Below, in pieces: positions 51,401 through 63,927 of a stretch of 64,000 bases of DNA. This DNA comes from Piromyces finnis finn (taxonomy: Eukaryota; Fungi; Neocallimastigomycota): assembly GCA_002104945.1 (NCBI GenBank), contig MCFH01000001.1, positions 2,232,001-2,296,000 of the forward strand, read 5' to 3'. Both the position numbers and the translations under genes were made by a program. Under the pieces are notes generated by a model. It saw nothing but the letters and a program-made list of their open reading frames with translations, was not told the DNA's origin and made no database searches. The first letter of the stretch is position 1; each line of letters begins with the position of its first letter.

Positions 51401-52596
51401 CTACTATTATTCATTAAAAATAAATAATTTATATATGATTAATAATGTTAAAATATATCAATCTAGAATATATTTGATATATTTATAAACATAATAAATT
51501 ATTTTTTACATGCAGTAGTTGCTTTTTTAAATCATTAATAATAATCGGTATAACTTTTCTTGTTGACCGTTTTTTAAGTATTTTATTAAATAGTGAATTT
51601 ATCATTGAATATGGTAAAAAAAACTCTTTATTTAATATATATTATAATAATCGTAATAAAATATAAATTATTATAAGTTATAAAATATAATAATTTATAT
51701 ATAATTCTCCTCTATTTCCATTTATTATTTATCTTATAATTTATAGCATTTATGTTATTCCTTTTAAAAATTTACTTAAATATATTAAAATTAATTATTT
51801 ATTATTATTAAAAAAATGATAAATTATGAATAAAAATCTTATTATCTATTGTATATTAAAAACAATATAGAATATATTAGTAATATATTATTTAATTAGT
51901 CGACAAAAACATTAATATATAAAAACTTTATTTAAAATAAAAGAGAGGAAATTTTTAAAAAAACATTTGAAATATTTATAAAGGAATAAATGATTTTATT
52001 ATTTCTATTTTTTTTTTTTATTTGAAAATTAGTTTAAAACAAAAAAATTGATATTAAATAATAATAGTGTTAAAACATATATAACTAAAGATTATTAAAA
52101 AAATTATATTTAGTATTTTTATTCTTTTTTGGGAAAATATTTTTATAAACAATTCTGTTATTCTTTTCCTAATTTAAACTTTAATTATTGGAATTTCAAA
52201 TAATTTTAGATTATTATTCATTATTATTTATTTTATTATTGTGAATCTTATTTATTATAGTTTTGAATAATAATAAAAAATTCATTTATAGATTTATTTA
52301 TTTTTACATCAAAATGAATACAAAATTTAATTAAATTTTAATTAAAAATATTGTTAAAAACTTGTGTATTATCTTGAAAAATAAAAATTATTGTTAAATT
52401 TTATATTTAATAAGGTTATTTTATTAAATTTATTATTCATATTATTCCTTTTTCTTTTTTATATTTTTTGGTATTGTTATTTTTTTTTATTAAAGGTATA
52501 TAAACATCTCTTTTTCTTTTCTTTTCTTTTCTTTTTTTTTAATAATTATCAATTTAATAATTATTAAAATATTATTTATTGTATAATAGTGTATAG

Positions 52597-52610
52597 TTTT
52601 TCACTGGTTG
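52597..52610 (+). promoter_or_regulatory. Candidate cis-element TTTTTCACTGGTTG upstream of xylanase A
   Basis: The identical 14-mer lies upstream of the second xylanase (60321-60334). Function is unproven. Confidence 0.3.
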
Positions 52611-52686
52611 AAAATAGTTTTAAAAAAATAATATATTTAATAATATTTAAAAATTGTATAATTTTTGAGAAATTATAGAAATAAAA

Positions 52687-55371
52687 ATGAAATCCTCAAA
52701 AGTTATTAGTTTATTATTATCATTAGCCTCAGCAGGTGTTATTAGCGCTCAAAGTTTTTGTAGCAATGCTAAGCACTCTGGTGAAAGTGTAAAGGTTACT
52801 AGTAACAAGGTCGGTTCTATTGGTAATATTGGTTATGAATTATGGGCTGATAGTGGTAACAACAGTGCTACTTTCTACTCTGATGGTTCATTATCTTGTT
52901 CATTCCAAAATGCCAAGGATTACTTATGTCGTTCCGGTCTTTCCTTCGACAGTACTAAGACTCATGACCAAATTGGTCACATGTACGCTGACTTCAAGCT
53001 TGTTAAGCAAAACATTCAAAATGTTGATTACTCTTACGTTGGTGTTTACGGTTGGAGTCGTGATCCACTTGTTGAATACTACGTTGTTGATAACTGGCTC
53101 AGTCAATGGCGTCCAGGTGATTGGGTTGGTAACAAGAAGCATGGTGATTTCACTATTGATGGTGCTAAGTACACTGTTTACGAAAACACTCGTTACGGTC
53201 CATCTATTGATGGTGATACTCAATTCAAGCAATTCTTCAGTATTCGTCAACAAGCTCGTGACTGTGGTACTATTGATATCACTGCTCACTTCCAACAATG
53301 GGAAAAGCTTGGTATGAAGCTTGGTAAGATGCATGAAGCTAAGGTTTTAGGAGAAGCTGGTAGTAATGGATCAGGTACTACTGGTACAGCTGATTTCCCA
53401 TACGCTAAGGTTTACATTGAAGGAGCTAACAATAATTCTAACACTAACACTGGTAATAACAACAATACTGGATCTTGCTCAGCTAAGATTACTAGCCAAG
53501 GTTACAAGTGCTGTTCTTCTAGCTGTGTCCCATCTTATACCGATGGTGATGGTGATTGGGCTATTGAAAATGGTGAATGGTGTGGATGTGGTAATGGTTC
53601 TGCTCAACAACCATCTACTGGTTCCTGCTCTGCCAATATTCTTGCTCAAGGTTACAAGTGCTGTTCTGCTGGTTGTCAAGTCATTTACACTGATAATGAT
53701 GGTACCTGGGGTGCTGAAAATGGTGAATGGTGTGGATGTGGTGGAAGCTCTTCCCAATCATCTGGAAGCTGTTCAGCTAACATTCTTGCTCAAGGTTACA
53801 AGTGCTGTTCTGCCGGTTGTCAAGTAGTTTACACCGATAATGACGGTACTTGGGGTGTTGAAAATAATGAATGGTGTGGTTGTAACGCTAACCAAGCTAC
53901 TACTAGAACTACTACCAGAACTACTGTTAAAACTACTACTACTAGTAAGCCAACTAACACTAACTTCTGTAACGCTTCTGGTCACTCTGGTGACAGTGTA
54001 AAGGTTACTAGCAACAAGGTTGGTTCTATTAATGGTGTCGGTTATGAATTATGGGCTGACAGTGGTAACAACAGTGCTACTTTCTATGCTGATGGTTCAT
54101 TATCTTGCTCATTCCAAAATGCCAAGGATTACTTATGTCGTTCAGGTCTTTCCTTCGACAGTACTAAGACTCATGACCAAATTGGTCACATGTACGCTGA
54201 CTTCAAGCTTGTTAAGCAAAACATTAGAAATGTTGATTACTCTTACGTTGGTATTTACGGTTGGACCAGAAACCCACTTGTTGAATTCTACGTTGTTGAT
54301 AACTGGCTCAGTCAATACCGTCCAGGTGATTGGGTTGGTAACAAGAAGCATGGTGATTTCACTATTGATGGTGCTCAATACACTGTTTACGAAAACACTC
54401 GTTACGGTCCATCTATTGATGGTGATACTCAATTCAAGCAATACTTCAGTATTCGTAAGGAAGCTCGTGACTGTGGTACTATTGATATTACAGCTCACTT
54501 CCAACAATGGGAAAAGCTTGGTATGAAGCTTGGTAAGATGCATGAAGCTAAGGTTTTAGGAGAAGCTGGTAGTAATGGATCAGGTACTACTGGTACAGCT
54601 GATTTCCCATATGCTAAGGTTTACATTGGTCAAGGTAACAGTAATGCTAGTGCTGGTAACACTAATACTAATACTAACACCAACACTAACACCAACCAAG
54701 GTGCTACTACTTACCCAAAGGGTACTGGATTCCAATTCTACACTCAATGTAAGAACAGAAACCACTGGGCTTTAACTTACGATGATGGACCAACTCAATA
54801 TGCTGACAGTATCTTAGATCTCTTAAAGAAATACGATATTAAGGCTACTTTCTTCCTTGTTGGTAACATGTATATTCCATCTTCAAGCTCTGAATGGACT
54901 AGAATTGTTAAGAGAATGTACAATGAAGGTCACGTTGTTGCTTCTCACACTTACAGTCACAACGATTTAACTGGTATGTCTTCTCAACAAATTATTAACG
55001 ATATGCAAAAACTTGAAGATGCAGTTTACAAGGCAGTTGGAGTTAAGCCAGCCTTCATGAGACCACCATATGGTTCTGGTAATGGTAACCAAAATGTTAT
55101 GAATACTCTTAAGAACTTTGGTATTAATGCTGCTTGTAACTGGCATGTTGATCCAATGGATTGGGATAACGGAGGTAACATTAACTATGCTAAGCAAGTT
55201 CTTGGTAAGCTTAATGGTGAAGGAGTTATTACCTTAAACCACTTACAATACAATGGAGCTACTGCTCAAGGTATTCTTGATTTATCTAAGGCTGAAATTG
55301 AATTAATGTTATCTAAGGGTTACAAGCCAGTTACTATGGAAGAATGTCTTGGTATGAGTGCTTACAAATAA
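52687..55371 (+). CDS. Cellulosomal xylanase/acetylxylan esterase: SP-GH11-3x fungal dockerin-GH11-CE4 (894 aa, intronless)
   Basis: Two GH11 domains with PLVE(Y/F)YVVDNW and KVLGEAG catalytic Glu motifs. Three C-x-QGYKCC...YTD-x-DG-x-W-x-x-EN-x-EWCGC dockerins. NodB/CE4 motifs LTYDDGP, ASHTYSH, MRPPYG, VDPMDW, TLNH. Confidence 0.92.
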   Translation: MKSSKVISLLLSLASAGVISAQSFCSNAKHSGESVKVTSNKVGSIGNIGYELWADSGNNSATFYSDGSLSCSFQNAKDYLCRSGLSFDSTKTHDQIGHMYADFKLVKQNIQNVDYSYVGVYGWSRDPLVEYYVVDNWLSQWRPGDWVGNKKHGDFTIDGAKYTVYENTRYGPSIDGDTQFKQFFSIRQQARDCGTIDITAHFQQWEKLGMKLGKMHEAKVLGEAGSNGSGTTGTADFPYAKVYIEGANNNSNTNTGNNNNTGSCSAKITSQGYKCCSSSCVPSYTDGDGDWAIENGEWCGCGNGSAQQPSTGSCSANILAQGYKCCSAGCQVIYTDNDGTWGAENGEWCGCGGSSSQSSGSCSANILAQGYKCCSAGCQVVYTDNDGTWGVENNEWCGCNANQATTRTTTRTTVKTTTTSKPTNTNFCNASGHSGDSVKVTSNKVGSINGVGYELWADSGNNSATFYADGSLSCSFQNAKDYLCRSGLSFDSTKTHDQIGHMYADFKLVKQNIRNVDYSYVGIYGWTRNPLVEFYVVDNWLSQYRPGDWVGNKKHGDFTIDGAQYTVYENTRYGPSIDGDTQFKQYFSIRKEARDCGTIDITAHFQQWEKLGMKLGKMHEAKVLGEAGSNGSGTTGTADFPYAKVYIGQGNSNASAGNTNTNTNTNTNTNQGATTYPKGTGFQFYTQCKNRNHWALTYDDGPTQYADSILDLLKKYDIKATFFLVGNMYIPSSSSEWTRIVKRMYNEGHVVASHTYSHNDLTGMSSQQIINDMQKLEDAVYKAVGVKPAFMRPPYGSGNGNQNVMNTLKNFGINAACNWHVDPMDWDNGGNINYAKQVLGKLNGEGVITLNHLQYNGATAQGILDLSKAEIELMLSKGYKPVTMEECLGMSAYK

Positions 55372-58300
55372 ATAAGATAATGACATATATATTTTTATAT
55401 ATTAATTTGTTTTCAGTAAATGCAATAAATACTATTATATAAATAAAATAAATACAAAAAATAATAACCAATTTAAAAATAGTTATAATTTAAAAGTATA
55501 TTTATAAAATTATAATATATTGTATTAAAATTAATATAAATTGGTATATAAAAATTGATTATATAAAAAATTTCTATTATATATATAAACATAAATTAAA
55601 AGTATAAAAAATAAGTAAAAGTAAAATAAATATTCAATAAAAAATATATAAAATATATTACAGTTTACTTTATTTAGTCAAGTGTTAAATAAAAGAAAAT
55701 ATTGATTATATAACATTAGTTATTAAAGAAATAGTATATTAAATTTAATAATTTATTATTGAATATAAATTATGTGCTTATATTATAAAACTTGTAATAT
55801 TAATAATAATGAATTTTTGAGGATGATTACTCTAACTTTTGATACTTGAAAGTCATCTTTATTTAAATTGTAGTTTAGGTAGTAATAATAGTTTTAATTC
55901 TCCAATGGTAATTAATATACATAATTCTTTTGGGGAAAGTAAGAAATATTTACCCAATTTTTATTCATTTGTGTTTATTTAAACATAGTTTTTTTATTTT
56001 TATTTTTAATTTTATTTTTTTATAATTATAACTAGATTAGTAATAAAGTTTAAAAATATTTGATGCAGTTAAAAAAAAAAAAAGTCAGTAAAAACAACAT
56101 TTAAATTCAAAGGAATAAAAATATTTTTTATAAATATTAAATTGAACCAGACACTTTTGAAGGATTTCAATTTTTGAAGGTCTTTACGAAACGTTTAACC
56201 ATGCTTTATGTTATTAGCCAACAATATTCAATAAGTTTGCAGCAACAATCAAAATCAGCAATCTTTAAGAAACAATGTAATAGAATAATCAATGATGATT
56301 TTAATTTTATCTTTTGAAAAAAAACGATCTCTGTTAAATATAATTATTACACTTTGGGATAATAGTGAATAGTAATCTTACTTTTTTAATAGTATCAATT
56401 ACAGGAATATTAGTAACAATAAAGATAATAATTTTAATTATTTAAATATAAATAATTCTTAATCTTTAATAAAAAATTAGCAAATAATAATCCTATGAGT
56501 AATTATTCTAGTTTGTAAAATATATATATATATTTTAGTTCTTTCTTTGGAAAAATAATTTAAATAATAAAACAATACATTAGAAATGAATAATACTACA
56601 TTGAAACATATATATATTGTGGATTCTTGATAGTCATTAAAATAGTTATGAAAAGTTAATAAGGGTAATGCCATCAATAATAATAATAATTTTATTAAAA
56701 ATTTTTTTTTATTTTGTCTTTGGACACATTAATAAAGTTAAATAGAGGCATAGTAATAACTTTTCTTTTAATAAAAATCATTAATATAAACCATACCCTC
56801 TTTTTTATTCATTTGTTTTCTTCGATACTTATATTTAAATTTTTTAAAATTTCGTTTATTATATTATTAAATCTTTGCTAATATAAATATTTATTTTAAT
56901 AAAAAAAAAAAAAAAAAAAAAAAGAGAAATTATACTAATAATATTAGTACAGATAATACTTGTTATCCTTAAAAAACGAGTATAAAAAAGAATTGTGTAT
57001 ATGTCAAATTAAAGTTGTCTCCTATTTAGAAACTATTTTTTTTTTGTAGTTACTACCACACTTTTAAACGAAGTCATTTTTTTTGCTATTGGCTAATAGT
57101 GGTCAATGATTAATAAAGTTAACTGTTTCCATAATGCAGATTAAATAGTAGTTTAACTAATAAAAATCATTTTGTTTCTTGAAAAGATTTTTAGATGCTC
57201 TAGATAAAATAAAAATTGAACAAGAATTATTAATCTTTTGATAAAACTTATAATTGTTGGTCAATTTTAATAGAAGACATTTTTTTAAATAACTTTGGTA
57301 GTATTAAAATCCTATTTTTAAATTATATCTGTTAAAATATTATTTTCAAAGATATAGCTTAATATACTATAGAAAGCAAAGAAGTGAAAAAAAAGTTAAA
57401 CTCTTTATAATATTATTATTTTTTTTATCTTTTCTTTTATTCTTTAATTGAATATTTTCATTGTTGAGTTTTCAAAAAGCATTCAAAATTTTAATTTAAT
57501 TTTTTAATCTATTAATTATATTAAAGTTTTAATTAAAATAAATATATTTAAATGTTAAATTAAATTTAATCAAATATCTGAAACCTTATTTATAGTATAG
57601 ATTTAATCAATCGATCAGGATCAAAGAGTGAGAAAAATTCATGATTAATATTTCAAATATATTTTTTAAAAATAAAAGTTTTTTTTTAGTTTCTACTGAT
57701 AAATATAAGATTTTCCTTTATAAGTATTACTATAATACCATTCTTTTTTTATATTATATATTAGTAGAGTTAATAATATTTTAAATAAAGTAGCAACACT
57801 AAGAAAAAAAAGAAATTGTTTATTAAAAAATCTTGAACCAATAATATTAATTTTTATATTTATTATTATTAAAATTTTCTAATATCTATTAAGATAATAA
57901 CCTGATTATAATTAATTTTAATAATGCTGCAAATGTACGTTACATATGTAATTTTTGTAGTAAATATAATTAATTATTGAGATAAAACATCTTGAAAAAA
58001 TATTAGTGGAGTTTCTATAATACTAGTCTCTATAAATATATTATTATAAAGATATTTAATCGTATGATATTCTTGTTTCTTAATATTGATAGATATTGTT
58101 AAGAATTTTCAAGAAAACTTTATTGAGAAAAAAATTCTATACTTTTTAGTCGTAAGTATAGAATTTTCTGTATAAAGTTTAAGTTTTAATAAAAAGATGT
58201 TTTTATTAACATTTATATAAATAAAGTTTTTAGAAAAAAAGTTTTTATTTATACCATATTTAATATGTAAATAAAGTTTCTAAAATATTAAATCAACTGA

Positions 58301-59765
58301 GTCATAAATAGGAAAGATTGTCTCACAACTATAATTATTATATAAACTAAATATCAAAAAACTAAAAAATCCGTTACATAATAAAATTTTTTTATATACG
58401 TTTATAAAATTGTATCACAATCTGTAATAATGTATGTATTAATATTCATTGTAATACTTTTTGAGTTAATGAAATATTTTATTAGAAAGTGATATTAATA
58501 GGATGATATAATAATTAATAATTATATAATATAGGAAGATACATTTATGGCTACTTAATGATATATTTATTTATATAACATTATCACTACATATTATATA
58601 TATTATATGGGATATTATTTTTTTTATGATATCTTGTTACTAATTTCTTGTTATTATTTTATAATCGTGCGGTCTTTATTCATTAGTATTATTTATATTA
58701 TTTAATCACCATTTATAATTGATTTATATATCTTTAACTATGCTATTATATTATTGTATATTATATATAATTTTTATATACAGTGTAAGTATTATATTTG
58801 TCATTATAAATATGATAAATATGTATATATTACTTCTATTATTATATATACATTTATTATTTAAAACTAAAATTAAAGCTTAATATGATGATATATTCAG
58901 TTTTAAAAAAATTTGTTATGTGTATATTATATATTATTTAATATATTAGATTTTACTGTATTTTACAATTAAATATATAATTTTAAACAAAAATCAGATT
59001 AATAAAACTTTATAATAAATAAATTTATAAAGTTTTTTCTTTTTTTACTTTTTTTTTATAGAAAAAATAAATAATTAATTTTCAAAACAATAATAAAGAC
59101 AAATAATAATAAAGTTTAAAATTAATATTCAGTACCATTTTTTTTATAAAGCTTACCTTTATTAGTATACTAATTCATTTTTATTTATTTATTTATTTAT
59201 TTTTTTAATTTATGATGATCAATAATTAATATTATTATTGTTTTTTTTATTTTAAAGCAATTTTGTACCTGTATTAATATATAGATTTAGTTTTAATTTC
59301 GATTTTGGTATTTTTTTTTTAATTTTTTTTTATAGTTTTTATTAAATATTTGTCATAATTTAATATGACTAATTATCACAAAATTAGTCACGAATTTTTT
59401 TTAAAATTTAATTTATTTTTAATTAATATAAACTTTTTTTTTCTTAAAATATAAAATGTATTTAGTACATTAATACACTTCAAGTTCAATGTATATATTA
59501 ATATATTATTAATTGTTAATTTGTTTGATTTCTTCTTTTGTATTAACTTTATTTTAAGCTTTAAATATTCAATAACTTTTAATAATAGTAATAATAAAAA
59601 CATTTATACTTAAATTATATTTATATAAAATACCATATAAATTATTATTATTATTTTTATTATTAATAATGATTAAATGTTTTTATTATTATAGTCGTGG
59701 GTTTTATGTTTTATTTAATTAGTAATGGAATTTATGTTTTCTAAAAAATTGAATTTTAAATTATT

Positions 59766-59800
<35 letters not shown>

Positions 59801-60320
59801 TAAAATATATATGATTTAAAGTTTTTCATTTATTATTTTCGTTTTTTTTTTTTTATTTTTTATTTTTTTAATATATTAACCCATATTTAGTTTAATTAAG
59901 TCTCTATAAAGTAGATAATCATTTTAATTGAAATGCATTTTTTTGTAACTTAAATATATATACATTATATTTAGAATCATGAATTATGAGTAAAATCCCA
60001 GAAAATATGATAATGATATGATAAATACGATAAATATACATTTTATGATACATTTCAAATTTATTTTTTATGTTTACCTTTTTGAAATAAATGAAAAAAA
60101 TATGAAAAATTTAATAAGTAAATAGATTAAATTTAATAAATGTTTTATAATCCTTATTTTTTAAAATTATCTATTACTATGTCATTTCTTCTTTTAATTA
60201 ATTTTTTTTTATAAAAAAAGGTTTTATTAAAATATTTTTTTTTAGTATAAATATGCTTGATCTCCTCATTAATTTTTAATTTTCATCAAATAAAAACTAT
60301 TATATATAACTTTTTGATTT

Positions 60321-60334
60321 TTTTTCACTGGTTG
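60321..60334 (+). promoter_or_regulatory. Candidate cis-element TTTTTCACTGGTTG upstream of xylanase B
   Basis: Identical to 52597-52610; ends 105 bp before the ATG. Confidence 0.3.
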
Positions 60335-60438
60335 GAAAAATAAATAAATTATTTTTGTAATATATATTGTAATTTATTGTAAATAGTTTAATTTTTTTTT
60401 ATTTTTTAAAAAAATAATATAAAATATATTTTATAAAA

Positions 60439-63400
60439 ATGAAATATTCAAAATTTATTTATTCGCTGTCATTAGCAACAGCTTCTCTTGTAAGCGCACA
60501 AAGTTTTTGTAGTTCAGCAAAGCATTCTGGTACAAGTGTAACCGAATACAGTAACAAAGTTGGTTCCATTAGTGGAATTGGTTACGAATTATGGGCTGAT
60601 AGTGGTAGTAACAGTGCTACTTTCTATTCTGACGGTTCATTCTCTTGTTCTTTCAGAAGTGCTAAGGACTATTTATGTCGTTCCGGTCTTTCCTTCGACA
60701 GTACTAAGACTCACGACCAAATTGGTCATATTTATGCTGATTTCAAGCTTGTAAAACAAAACATTCAAAATGTTGATTACTCTTACGTTGGTATTTACGG
60801 TTGGACCAGAAACCCACTTGTTGAATTTTACGTTGTTGATAACTGGCTCAGTCAATGGCGTCCAGGTGATTGGGTTGGTAACAAGAAGCATGGTGATTTC
60901 ACTATTGATGGTGCTCAATACACTGTTTATGAAAACACTCGTTATGGTCCATCTATTGATGGTGATACTCAATTCAAGCAATACTTCAGTATTCGTAAGG
61001 AAGCTCGTGACTGTGGTACTATTGATATTACAGCTCACTTCCAACAATGGGAAAAGCTTGGTATGAAGCTTGGTAAGATGCATGAAGCTAAGGTTTTAGG
61101 AGAAGCTGGTAGTAATGGTGCTGGTACTAGCGGTACAGCTGATTTCCCATATGCTAAGGTTTACATTGGTCAAGGTAACAGTAATGCTAGTGCTGGTAAC
61201 ACTAATACTAACACTAACACCAATACTAACACCAACAACAATAACAACAACAATAATGTTAATAATGGTTGGGGATGGAATTTTGATTGGTTTAATTGGG
61301 GTAACCAAGGTAATCAAAACAATAACCAAAATAATAATCAAGGTAATAACCAAAGTAATCAAAGTAATAGTTCTAGCAGTGGCAGTGCCGAATATTGTTC
61401 TGCTACAAGTCACTCAGGACAAAGTGTAAAGGTTACTAGTAATAAGGTTGGTGATATCAACGGTATTGGTTATGAATTATGGGCTGATAGTGGTAACAAC
61501 AGTGCTACTTTCTATGATGATGGTTCATTCTCTTGTTCATTCCAAAATGCTAAGGATTACTTATGTCGTTCAGGTCTTTCCTTCGACAGTACTAAGACTC
61601 ACGACCAAATTGGTCATATTTATGCTGATTTCAAGCTTATTAAGAAGAATATCCAAAACGTTGATTACTCTTACGTTGGTATTTACGGTTGGACCAGAAA
61701 CCCACTTGTTGAATTCTACGTTGTTGATAACTGGCTCAGTCAATACCGTCCAGGTGATTGGGTTGGTAACAAGAAGCATGGTGATTTCACTATTGATGGT
61801 GCTCAATACACTGTTTACGAAAACACTCGTTACGGTCCATCTATTGATGGTGATACTCAATTCAAGCAATTCTTTAGTATTCGTAAGGAAGCTCGTGACT
61901 GTGGTAGAATTGATATTACTGCTCACTTTGAACAATGGGAAAAGCTTGGTATGAAGCTTGGTAAGATGCATGAAGCTAAGGTTTTAGGAGAAGCTGGTAG
62001 TAATGGATCAGGTACTACTGGTACAGCTGATTTCCCATACGCCAAGGTATTCATTGGTTCTGGTAATGATGCTGTCGATGAACCAGTTGTTGATGAACCA
62101 GTTGTTGACGAACCAGTATCAAAAATATGTCCTACTTCAATTACTAATCAAGGTTATAAGTGTTGTTCTGCTGAAAAGTGTGAAGTTGTATACACTGATG
62201 AATCCGGTGATTGGGGTGTTGAAGATGGTGACTGGTGTGGTTGTACTGTCGAAGCACAAACTCCAAACAATAATTCTTCATGTCCACCATCAGTCTTAGC
62301 TTTAGGATATCCATGTTGTTCTAAAACTAATTGTGTTGCTGTTTACACTGATGAAACTGGTGATTGGGATGTTGAAAACAATGATTGGTGTTGGTGTAGA
62401 GGCAATAATGTTGCTACTACTACAAAGAAAACAACAACAACTATTAAGAAAACTACTACTACTAAGAAAACCACTACAGTTACAAAGACTTCATCTGCTA
62501 CTAAAACAAACTTCTGTAGTGCTTCTAGTCACTCTGGTGACAGCGTAAAGGTTACTAGTAACAAGGTTGGTTCTATTAATGGTGTCGGTTATGAATTATG
62601 GGCTGATAGTGGTAACAACAGTGCTACTTTCTATGCTGATGGTTCATTATCTTGTTCATTCCAAAATGCTAAGGATTACTTATGTCGTTCAGGTCTTTCC
62701 TTCGACAGTACTAAGACTCACGACCAAATTGGTCACATGTACGCTGACTTCAAGCTTGTTAAGCAAAACATTAGAAATGTTGATTACTCTTACGTTGGTA
62801 TTTACGGTTGGACCAGAAACCCACTTGTTGAATTCTACGTTGTTGATAACTGGCTCAGTCAATACCGTCCAGGTGATTGGGTTGGTAACAAGAAGCATGG
62901 TGATTTCACTATTGATGGTGCTCAATACACTGTTTACGAAAACACTCGTTACGGTCCATCTATTGATGGTGATACTCAATTCAAGCAATACTTCAGTATT
63001 CGTAAGGAAGCTCGTGACTGTGGTACTATTGATATTACAGCTCACTTCCAACAATGGGAAAAGCTTGGTATGAAGCTTGGTAAGATGCATGAAGCTAAGG
63101 TTTTAGGAGAAGCTGGTAGTAATGGATCAGGTACTACTGGTACAGCTGATTTCCCATACGCTAAGGTTTACATTGGTCAAGGTAACAGTAATGCTAGTGC
63201 TGGTAACACTAATACCAACACTAACACTAGCACTGGTAATAGCAGTTTAAGTGGAACTACTTACCCATATGGCACTGGATTCCAATTCTACACTCAATGT
63301 AAGAACAGAAACCACTGGGCTTTAACTTACGATGATGGACCAACTCAATATGCTGACAGTATCTTAGATCTCTTAAAGAAATATGATATTAAGGCTACTT

Positions 63401-63927
63401 TCTTCCTTGTTGGTAATATGTATATTCCATCTTCAAGCTCTGAATGGACTAGAATTGTTAAGAGAATGTACAATGAAGGTCACGTTGTTGCTTCTCACAC
63501 TTACAGTCACAACGATTTAACTGGTATGTCTTCTCAACAAATTATTAACGATATGCAAAAACTTGAAGATGCAGTTTACAAGGCAGTTGGAGTTAAGCCA
63601 GCCTTCATGAGACCACCATATGGTTCTGGTAATGGTAACCAAAATGTTATGAATACTCTTAAGAACTTTGGTATTAATGCTGCTTGTAACTGGCATGTTG
63701 ATCCAATGGACTGGGATAACGGAGGTAACATTAACTATGCTAAGCAAGTTCTTGGTAAGCTTAATGGTGAAGGAGTTATTACCTTAAACCATTTACAATA
63801 CAATGGAGCTACTGCTCAAGGTATTCTTGATTTATCTAAGGCTGAAATTGAATTAATGTTATCTAAGGGTTACAAGCCAGTTACTATGGAAGAATGTCTT
63901 GGTATGAATGCTTATAAGAAGAATTAA
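60439..63927 (+). CDS. Cellulosomal xylanase/acetylxylan esterase: SP-GH11-GH11-2x fungal dockerin-GH11-CE4 (1162 aa, intronless)
   Basis: Three GH11 domains, each with PLVEFYVVDNW and KVLGEAG. Two dockerins (GYKCC...YTDESGDWGVEDGDWCGC; GYPCC...YTDETGDWDVENNDWCWC). CE4 domain essentially identical to that of the 52687 gene. Confidence 0.92.
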   Translation: MKYSKFIYSLSLATASLVSAQSFCSSAKHSGTSVTEYSNKVGSISGIGYELWADSGSNSATFYSDGSFSCSFRSAKDYLCRSGLSFDSTKTHDQIGHIYADFKLVKQNIQNVDYSYVGIYGWTRNPLVEFYVVDNWLSQWRPGDWVGNKKHGDFTIDGAQYTVYENTRYGPSIDGDTQFKQYFSIRKEARDCGTIDITAHFQQWEKLGMKLGKMHEAKVLGEAGSNGAGTSGTADFPYAKVYIGQGNSNASAGNTNTNTNTNTNTNNNNNNNNVNNGWGWNFDWFNWGNQGNQNNNQNNNQGNNQSNQSNSSSSGSAEYCSATSHSGQSVKVTSNKVGDINGIGYELWADSGNNSATFYDDGSFSCSFQNAKDYLCRSGLSFDSTKTHDQIGHIYADFKLIKKNIQNVDYSYVGIYGWTRNPLVEFYVVDNWLSQYRPGDWVGNKKHGDFTIDGAQYTVYENTRYGPSIDGDTQFKQFFSIRKEARDCGRIDITAHFEQWEKLGMKLGKMHEAKVLGEAGSNGSGTTGTADFPYAKVFIGSGNDAVDEPVVDEPVVDEPVSKICPTSITNQGYKCCSAEKCEVVYTDESGDWGVEDGDWCGCTVEAQTPNNNSSCPPSVLALGYPCCSKTNCVAVYTDETGDWDVENNDWCWCRGNNVATTTKKTTTTIKKTTTTKKTTTVTKTSSATKTNFCSASSHSGDSVKVTSNKVGSINGVGYELWADSGNNSATFYADGSLSCSFQNAKDYLCRSGLSFDSTKTHDQIGHMYADFKLVKQNIRNVDYSYVGIYGWTRNPLVEFYVVDNWLSQYRPGDWVGNKKHGDFTIDGAQYTVYENTRYGPSIDGDTQFKQYFSIRKEARDCGTIDITAHFQQWEKLGMKLGKMHEAKVLGEAGSNGSGTTGTADFPYAKVYIGQGNSNASAGNTNTNTNTSTGNSSLSGTTYPYGTGFQFYTQCKNRNHWALTYDDGPTQYADSILDLLKKYDIKATFFLVGNMYIPSSSSEWTRIVKRMYNEGHVVASHTYSHNDLTGMSSQQIINDMQKLEDAVYKAVGVKPAFMRPPYGSGNGNQNVMNTLKNFGINAACNWHVDPMDWDNGGNINYAKQVLGKLNGEGVITLNHLQYNGATAQGILDLSKAEIELMLSKGYKPVTMEECLGMNAYKKN

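Noticed and set aside
57170-57300. Possible second LINE endonuclease relic (KLIIVGQF resembling IIVGDFN)
   Set aside because: A single weak motif with stops in all frames; not enough support.
52820-63747. Many alternate-frame and antisense ORFs overlapping the xylanases (also over MET17, CE8 and NEMF)
   Set aside because: They are shadows of strongly biased codon usage and recur with each duplicated module. They have no independent motifs.
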